Positions 57,895 to 64,000 of a stretch of 64,000 bases of DNA are shown piece after piece. Numbering within the stretch: position 1 is the first letter of the stretch; each line of letters opens with the position of its first letter. Both the position numbers and the translations under genes were made by a program. The notes under the pieces are model-generated. The model made no database searches, was not told where the DNA came from, and worked only from the letters and a program-made list of their open reading frames with translations. The DNA comes from a virus, in IMG/VR virus record IMGVR_UViG_3300027917_002335, positions 1-64,000 of that record; one strand, 5' to 3'.

Positions 57895-58163
57895 TATTAC
57901 AAAATTTTGGAAAGGTAACGCTCGAAGAGGCGGGTAATGGTAGATACATTGTTGCGGAAATTGACACAGAAGTTAAATACATTAAAGATAGGCTTAAAAT
58001 GATAGGTATTTATGAAGGAGCCTATATTGAGAAAGAATGGACACAAGAAGGAACTGGTGTGTTTATTATAATTAACAGAGAAACTAAACTAATAGGAATG
58101 GGCGTAGCAAAACAAATTATGGTAAAAGATTATAATAATCCTTTTGCTAGGGATATAGAATGA
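57891..58163 (+). CDS. FeoA-like SH3-fold protein
   Basis: TL...G..IVAEI...DRLKMIGIYEGAYI...IGMGVAKQIMV matches the FeoA pattern. Confidence 0.65.
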   Translation: MILQNFGKVTLEEAGNGRYIVAEIDTEVKYIKDRLKMIGIYEGAYIEKEWTQEGTGVFIIINRETKLIGMGVAKQIMVKDYNNPFARDIE

Positions 58164-58173
58164 CACACACATA

Positions 58174-58693
58174 TTTTGGAAGAGACCATCTGGGGCATAA
58201 TGGAGTCGAAGGATGGTATGGCTTACCTAGTGTCTTTGGAGATATACTCCATTCGTCCAAAAAGAAAAGGTGACAGAAATTTTCTTTCGGTTTTTTAAGG
58301 TTTCAGAGCTGATGGTAGTACCGAAGTTTTTTGCCGAACAAAAAACGATAAAACAGAGACAGGAGTAAACTTTCGTCAGTTTTAAATACTCTAACAAGAA
58401 AGCTGTCTCAAATTGCGTATTGAAGCAACGCGTTATAAGAACAGAAGGTTAAGTTTATATCCTCAGCTTCCAAAAAAACTCAACTACTCATTGTCCCGTT
58501 CGTAAGTCGTAGAGAGAGAAATGTGAATGAGTGAGTAAATCGTTAGATGAAAGCGGAATTCCATTTGGCCGGACGCAATACGGTGGAGAGGTGAGTAGTT
58601 CAAACAATAAGTCGTACCCTGAGGGCGTAGGCTTAGTCTACATTGATGGGTTCTATAACAAATGAGATGACAGGTCCAATCTCAGCGAGTTAT
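58174..58693 (+). ncRNA. Large structured non-coding RNA candidate (~520 nt)
   Basis: No ORF of 60 aa or more, raised GC, at least 10 complementary helices including long-range and pseudoknotted ones. Confidence 0.65.
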
Positions 58694-58729
58694 TGGATAT
58701 GATGGGTTAATATATAGAGGTGTATAAGA

Positions 58730-59299
58730 ATGGATTTAGACAAAGAGTTTGAATTGTATCGGAAGTTGGAAGTAATGGCTTTTCGTTACTTTCGTATGGC
58801 AGAATTCTTAGAAATCTGCCTAAAAACGAACTTGAAATTAAAAGATGAACTCGGCACTATCCTTGATCCTAAAGGATACCGAAAACTGTCGTTCTTAGAA
58901 GGCAATAAATACTTTAAAGGATCGATACATATCCCTCACAATCCTTTTTACAATAATACCGAAGATCAACAACTTTGGAGAACGATCTATCCCGAAGACT
59001 TTACTTGGGTTACAAACACTAAGAAAGATATTGTTAAAGCATATCAAGAAGTGTGGCGCAGAATCAATGAAATTAAATTCTGGTTAGGAATTACTAAAGA
59101 CACGCAATTTTGCGGGATTAGATTAGAGAGCAGATTAACCACATTATTGGAGAATCTACTCCGCACTAATATCCCTGAATTTAGATATGATTTTGAATTC
59201 ACAATTTTCTATGAAATTGACAGATACACAATTCAGAGATTCCTTAGAGTTATGAAAAATAGAAGCAGAAAAGGAAGGGTGATTCAACTAATAAAATGA
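58730..59299 (+). CDS. Hypothetical protein
   Basis: GAGGTG SD. Confidence 0.6.
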   Translation: MDLDKEFELYRKLEVMAFRYFRMAEFLEICLKTNLKLKDELGTILDPKGYRKLSFLEGNKYFKGSIHIPHNPFYNNTEDQQLWRTIYPEDFTWVTNTKKDIVKAYQEVWRRINEIKFWLGITKDTQFCGIRLESRLTTLLENLLRTNIPEFRYDFEFTIFYEIDRYTIQRFLRVMKNRSRKGRVIQLIK

Positions 59300-59605
59300 T
59301 AATTTGTAGCGAATGTGGTTTTACATTGGAGGAGGATAAAGCAGGAATGCATTATTGTCCTCAATGTGATATCGAACAATGGTTTTGGGAAGAACCTGAC
59401 GACGACGATTATTTCAAGTTCACATAAATGGGTGTAGGAAATAGATCTAAAAGATCGACTCAGATTTTCGGGTTTTGATATCAGATAAACAAATTTGTGA
59501 TAGTTAGAAAGATTCTACTCGCATTTTGGGATTTTTAAAGTCATTTGAAAATCTGATATCAGATATTCAAAATCTGAATTTCTGAGTTTATGTTTTTATT
59601 TATCA

Positions 59606-59650
59606 ATTTCGATTTACATTAATTCCCCATATATATTAGTGGGATAAATG
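59606..59650. repeat. Imperfect palindrome B, related to 46051-46095
   Basis: ATTTCGATTTACATTAATTCCCC-ATATATATTA-GTGGGATAAATG. Confidence 0.8.
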
Positions 59651-60018
59651 TAATTTAAAATCGATCAATGTTTTGATTAACTATGAATGAAAAAAATAAA
59701 ATTTGTCCATTCTTAATATTTCACAAGGAGCCTATTCCTTTTGAATATTGTGGATTGGAAAAGATAAAATATAAGGCAATCTGTAAAAATGGTAAATGGA
59801 GGAAATGTAGATTTGTCGTTTCTAATAGTAAAAAATAAGAAACATCTACTCAAAACTCTTAAAAAGATTGGTGATGATATTGTTATTGTTAAGCAAGAAG
59901 CAGTGTATGCCTTTCCTAAGGGTATGTATGAACAGGTAAAAGATAACTTTGCTAAAGCTATTAAAAGTTATCAATATTACAGAGTAGATGAATTTGTTAA
60001 AAAAATTAAGGTGAAAAA

Positions 60019-60417
60019 ATGAACCTAAAACAATTAAGAGATTGGGAAGAAACACTCCTTAACAATATTGAGCAGGCTTATGAAGAATACGGTAAAAAAT
60101 TTGTGGGGAGATTTTATATTAAGCGAGTTAGAAAAGGAATTAGGGGAACTACTTTTCGTTACTTAACCGCCATGAAAGACACAACAAAAGGAGTAGTTGA
60201 CGAACCACAGTTTAGAGGTAATTATATTTACATATATGGTGTAGATGGACAAAGATTACTCTGTATTAATTTTGAATGTGGTGGTATCCATAGTTGGTGG
60301 CTTATGGCGGAACAATTAAAAGAAAGTTGGGTTCAAATAACTAAGGAAGAAGGTATACAAAAATTAAAAGAATTACTCGCATATTTAAAAATAGAGGATG
60401 TGTTAAAAGTTGTTTAA
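60019..60417 (+). CDS. Hypothetical protein
   Basis: GGTGA SD. Confidence 0.55.
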   Translation: MNLKQLRDWEETLLNNIEQAYEEYGKKFVGRFYIKRVRKGIRGTTFRYLTAMKDTTKGVVDEPQFRGNYIYIYGVDGQRLLCINFECGGIHSWWLMAEQLKESWVQITKEEGIQKLKELLAYLKIEDVLKVV

Positions 60418-60703
60418 AAATACATGGGAAATGTATGAAATGATCAGCAAAGTTAAGAAAACAGGATTTAAAATGCTTAGATTCTTAATGGGCTGGTCGG
60501 AAAGAAAGACAAAAAGACATTTGAAAAAATTACTCAAATATGGATTGGTACAAAAAGCAGAGGGATGTGAAATGTGTGGAAATGAAGAACCATTTTATTT
60601 CCCTACTCCGTGGTATGAACTTATAAACTGGAACGAATTTTTTAAAGAAGACGATGGAGATGATGATGTTCCAGACTGGGTAATGTGTGGAGGTAGTGAT
60701 TAA
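60410..60703 (+). CDS. Winged-helix DNA-binding protein
   Basis: LMGWSERKTKRHLKKLLKYGLVQK recognition helix and wing pattern. Confidence 0.6.
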   Translation: MFKNTWEMYEMISKVKKTGFKMLRFLMGWSERKTKRHLKKLLKYGLVQKAEGCEMCGNEEPFYFPTPWYELINWNEFFKEDDGDDDVPDWVMCGGSD

Positions 60704-60814
60704 TGAAGAAGAAGAAAAATAGGTGTAAGAAATGGAAATGTAAACAATGTATCTTCTCTTATATCATTTTTAGGAAGAAAAGAAAGAAGAACAAAAGAGT
60801 GGTGAAATGTAGTC

Positions 60815-61096
60815 TTGACTGATGTAGAAGAAGAGATTAAAGAATTGGCTAAAATCATAGATGAAACAATTCGAACTACTCCTAATCATCTAAGAGGTTT
60901 ATTAATTCCAGATAAACATATTGATAGATTCTTACATCTTTGTAATTATATGATGGGCAAAGCAAGAGATAGTGAAAAATATTTCAAGATGATGATGGAA
61001 GGAGAGGCTGTAAGAGAACAAATGAAGTTGGAACTTGTTACAAAACTTTGTAAACATTTTGCAACCGATGACAAAGAAGAAAAAGGATTGGAATAA
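60815..61096 (+). CDS. Hypothetical protein
   Basis: ORF track. Confidence 0.5.
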   Translation: MTDVEEEIKELAKIIDETIRTTPNHLRGLLIPDKHIDRFLHLCNYMMGKARDSEKYFKMMMEGEAVREQMKLELVTKLCKHFATDDKEEKGLE

Positions 61097-61370
61097 AATC
61101 CTAGAACAAACTTATGAATTACTTGAAGATGGAGATTGGTATATTGTTTCTTTAAAAGAAATAGATGAATTATACGAAGAACTTGCTGCGATGTCTGGTC
61201 ATTTTAATCCAGAGACAAAAGAATTCAAAGATGGTAAAGAATGGACAGAATTAGACCACAAAATCCATGATATTTGCTACAATTGGTACATCAGAATTAT
61301 AGAGAAGAAACTGAAGATAACAAAATATTATGAGAAATACTATGGAAAATATTTAGGTGATAAGAAATAG
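61035..61370 (+). CDS. Hypothetical protein
   Basis: ORF track; true start probably ATG 61068. Confidence 0.5.
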   Translation: MLQNFVNILQPMTKKKKDWNKILEQTYELLEDGDWYIVSLKEIDELYEELAAMSGHFNPETKEFKDGKEWTELDHKIHDICYNWYIRIIEKKLKITKYYEKYYGKYLGDKK

Positions 61371-61384
61371 ACTATTGTGAGTTT

Positions 61385-61621
61385 TTGAGAAAATTGTTCG
61401 ATATAGATTTTCCGTGTTGTGCTAGTTGTCACGATGAGTATGAATGGGGTTTGGAAAATGATGTTTATATTCCACTCTGCGAACATGGTGGAGATTGGGA
61501 AGGAGATGAATATCCTCATTTAGCTCTTTGTTGTGCTTTTAATGACTTCATGGATAATCTAACTGAAGAACAAAAACAAAAGATAAGAGATAATTATGAC
61601 AAAGTTTTTCACTCTGGTTAA
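61385..61621 (+). CDS. Small Cys/His-rich protein
   Basis: CCASCH...CEH...CC. Confidence 0.5.
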   Translation: MRKLFDIDFPCCASCHDEYEWGLENDVYIPLCEHGGDWEGDEYPHLALCCAFNDFMDNLTEEQKQKIRDNYDKVFHSG

Positions 61622-62003
61622 GGAAGAAGTATGTTTAGCATGGATGGATTTTCATAGTATAGGGCATTTTATAATGGGTCAATTGTGCTTTGCTGGAACT
61701 TATTTAGTTCTACTCGGCGGATTACCATTCGAATTAAATTTGCCCTACTCTCTTATATCTTCAATTATATTTGGTGTATTATTTGAAGTAATTGAAAATG
61801 GACCCTGTGTTAAACTGAAATTTGCTGGTCGAAAAGATTCTGTTGAAAATTCGGTTGCTGATATTGTTTTAGTGATATTAGGAGCAATCTTTGAATTTGT
61901 ATTAATTGGTTTTGCTTCATTAACAATTAATATCGTTTTAAACACGACAGTCTTTGTAGTTTTAATGATTTTGTATCTCAAATTGAGAATGTTAACATGT
62001 TAG
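61596..62003 (+). CDS. Membrane protein (DUF2585/VanZ-like superfamily)
   Basis: DFHSIGHFIMG, FEVIEN, DSVENSVADI plus four TM segments. Confidence 0.6.
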   Translation: MTKFFTLVKEEVCLAWMDFHSIGHFIMGQLCFAGTYLVLLGGLPFELNLPYSLISSIIFGVLFEVIENGPCVKLKFAGRKDSVENSVADIVLVILGAIFEFVLIGFASLTINIVLNTTVFVVLMILYLKLRMLTC

Positions 62004-62473
62004 TTAAATTACATTGCGGAGCAGAATATGACTTTCATACCATAAAAAGTATAACTGATTTAGGAAATGGAACGCTTGAGATAGTAGGAAATTTTAAACC
62101 TAGAGGTAAGTACCAAACAATTGTTATTTTTATAATCTCAATTGAGAATTGGGAAGAGGTTTCAAAAGAAAAGATATCATTAAAGCCTTATTTTTGTAGT
62201 GAATGTAAAAAACTCCATAAAAATGGAGAAATATTTGAGGCTCATAAGAAGTATTATATGAAAAAAGATGAAGCGATTCCAAGTGATAAAATCCTTGAGG
62301 CAGATTTAACAAAACTAAAAGAATTTAGTAAAAGACAGTTAAAAAGTCTTATGGATAGAATGAAGTGGAATCCGAATAAAACAGATTTATATACAAAAGA
62401 AATAAACAAGCTATTAATATATGAAGGAGTGGTGACTGATGAGGAGTTTCTCGAAAATTACCAAATTAAATGA
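61997..62473 (+). CDS. Zn-finger-containing hypothetical protein
   Basis: CSECKKLH...H. Confidence 0.55.
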   Translation: MLVKLHCGAEYDFHTIKSITDLGNGTLEIVGNFKPRGKYQTIVIFIISIENWEEVSKEKISLKPYFCSECKKLHKNGEIFEAHKKYYMKKDEAIPSDKILEADLTKLKEFSKRQLKSLMDRMKWNPNKTDLYTKEINKLLIYEGVVTDEEFLENYQIK

Positions 62474-62713
62474 TAAAAAATTGTTGGAATTTATTGTCGA
62501 AAAATGCAATAATGATAACACATTTTACATGACTTTACTTGAAGAGTTGACTGATGATTGTCCCTTTAGGGAAAGTTGTGGAGAAGAATATATGGAAGAT
62601 TATGGAGGTAATTACGATGACGGCAGATATGATGCCTACGACTGAATGTGAATATATTGGTGAATGTAAACATTTTAATGAGGATAGTGTTTTATGTTTT
62701 TCCAAATTAAAAT

Positions 62714-63088
62714 ATGCTTGTTCTCATTATCATTATAGAATGTATTGGGATGAAGATGAGAAAGATTAAAAAACAAGTTAATAAATATTTTGAGGATTTA
62801 AAAATGAGTAAAGCAAAAGAAGAGAAGAATTTTTTGGCTGATTTTACGCCAAACGGGATGGAACCATCTAATGGAGTTAGACATCATCATTATAAACTTT
62901 CAGATGTTGTATGTAAACTTCTTACTAAGATGGAAGAAATTGAGAATACAATTGAAGTAGTGAAACATTTTTTGGGAGAAGAACTCTACTGCGCTATGAG
63001 TAAAAAAGTTAAGAGGATAAAACAACAAGAGAAGAAAATATTGGAAGAACAGCAGAAACTTGTTGAATTAAAGGGAGGATTATGTTAA
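62714..63088 (+). CDS. Hypothetical coiled-coil protein
   Basis: ORF track; start uncertain. Confidence 0.5.
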   Translation: MLVLIIIIECIGMKMRKIKKQVNKYFEDLKMSKAKEEKNFLADFTPNGMEPSNGVRHHHYKLSDVVCKLLTKMEEIENTIEVVKHFLGEELYCAMSKKVKRIKQQEKKILEEQQKLVELKGGLC

Positions 63089-63534
63089 GACTATTTATTG
63101 ACGGGAGTGCAACACCAAATCCAGGACTAGGTGGAATTGGATTTGTGTTGTATGATGACGACAAACAAATTATGCACGGATATACATATCTTGGTGAAAA
63201 CATAACAAATAATATGGCTGAATTCTTAGCTGTTCCTCACTCTCTTTTTCATATCATTAACGCATTTAAACCAAAGGAGTTAGAAATTAATACTGACAGT
63301 GAACTTGTTTATTCAGCATTTATGGGAACGAAACAAGTGAGAAATGTTAAACTTGTTGATATATTTGAAGCAGGTCTACAAACAACTTCTCTTATTTCAG
63401 AAATTCATTGGAATAAAATAAGTAGATTGCTTAATGGATATGCCGACAATTTAGCAAGAAGAGCTATTAATAAGAAAGATTCCGAGGTTTATATAAATGC
63501 GAGCAGAATTCCAAAAACTGGTAAAGAGGATTAA
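63082..63534 (+). CDS. rnhA: Ribonuclease HI
   Basis: FIDGSATPNPG, TNNMAEF, TDSELV, NGYADNLA (D-E-D-D catalytic set). Confidence 0.9.
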   Translation: MLRLFIDGSATPNPGLGGIGFVLYDDDKQIMHGYTYLGENITNNMAEFLAVPHSLFHIINAFKPKELEINTDSELVYSAFMGTKQVRNVKLVDIFEAGLQTTSLISEIHWNKISRLLNGYADNLARRAINKKDSEVYINASRIPKTGKED

Positions 63535-63727
63535 GGAAGTATGGGAAATCTTGTTTATATTTGTTACTTTTGTTATTACTATGATTATTATGATTGTGTT
63601 TGTTGCTCATAGTAGTAATGATCTTGAACAAAATATAGCAATGATGATAGGAAGTGTATTTTATTTTACTATGATGGCGGTGGTATTAGTTGTATTGCCC
63701 AGAATGCGGAAAAGAAAGCGCAAGTGA
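63497..63727 (+). CDS. Small two-TM membrane protein
   Basis: Two hydrophobic segments, basic tail. Confidence 0.55.
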   Translation: MRAEFQKLVKRIKEVWEILFIFVTFVITMIIMIVFVAHSSNDLEQNIAMMIGSVFYFTMMAVVLVVLPRMRKRKRK

Positions 63728-64000
63728 ATATGTTTGTACTAATTGTGGATTAGTATTTGAAGATAAACCTATAACAAATCAACCACCTATTTCACCTGAG
63801 AGCGAGGTAATCAGAGGTGGGAAGTTTAGATCCAAGTATCTTAAGGATCTACTCTCTCCCACCAAAATTAATTTAAAACATGTAAATGACGATATGAAGA
63901 GAATCCTAAAAAAGAATACTCCGTTTTGGGATTTGAAAAGAACATTAATCATTCACAATGAAATCAAACGATTATGTTGTTTATTAAATTTAAATAAAAA

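Noticed and set aside
58192-58212. GGGGCATAATGGAGTCGAAGG resembles a tmRNA 5' end
   Set aside because: No matching 3' acceptor strand or T arm found downstream, and the segment is better explained by local pairings
58360-58460. RNase P-like or group I intron-like words (GGAGTAAACTT, ACAGAAGG, AATTGCG, TAGTCTA)
   Set aside because: Only partial matches, spacing does not fit, and no interrupted host gene is evident; left as an unclassified ncRNA
1-64000. Stop-codon reassignment or suppressor tRNA
   Set aside because: Genes are full length and densely packed under the standard code with TAA, TGA and TAG stops; the odd tRNA lacks a CUA or UCA anticodon

Overview
AT-rich (roughly 30% GC by eye) segment of a tailed dsDNA virus (Caudoviricetes) with a contractile tail, most likely infecting an archaeon: it uses GGTGA/GAGG Shine-Dalgarno motifs, BRE+TATA promoters and oligo-T terminators. 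Positions 1-45,850 form one minus-strand late region. In transcription order it holds a probable terminase small subunit, a block of acidic appendage-like proteins, TerL, portal, protease/scaffold, decoration protein, major capsid protein, neck, sheath, tube, chaperone, tape measure, baseplate, tail fibre and tailspike, and finally a glycan-synthesis cluster. Inserted between tail fibre and baseplate genes is an apparent protein-modification cassette: a radical SAM/SPASM enzyme, a cysteine-less rSAM-like partner, a 316-aa protein with 27 CxC repeats, two YkgJ-family proteins, two sulfotransferases and a lipoate-ligase-like protein. This is the best candidate for an undescribed system. Positions 45,850-47,500 are a divergent, repeat-rich, motif-depleted zone that may be the genome end or leading region. 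Positions 47,500-64,000 are mostly plus-strand early genes (MoxR AAA + VWA, FeoA-like, RNase HI, many small ORFs), a tRNA-Ala, an aberrant tRNA-like gene and a ~520-nt highly structured non-coding segment. All assignments come from motif recognition and synteny; no database searches were run.
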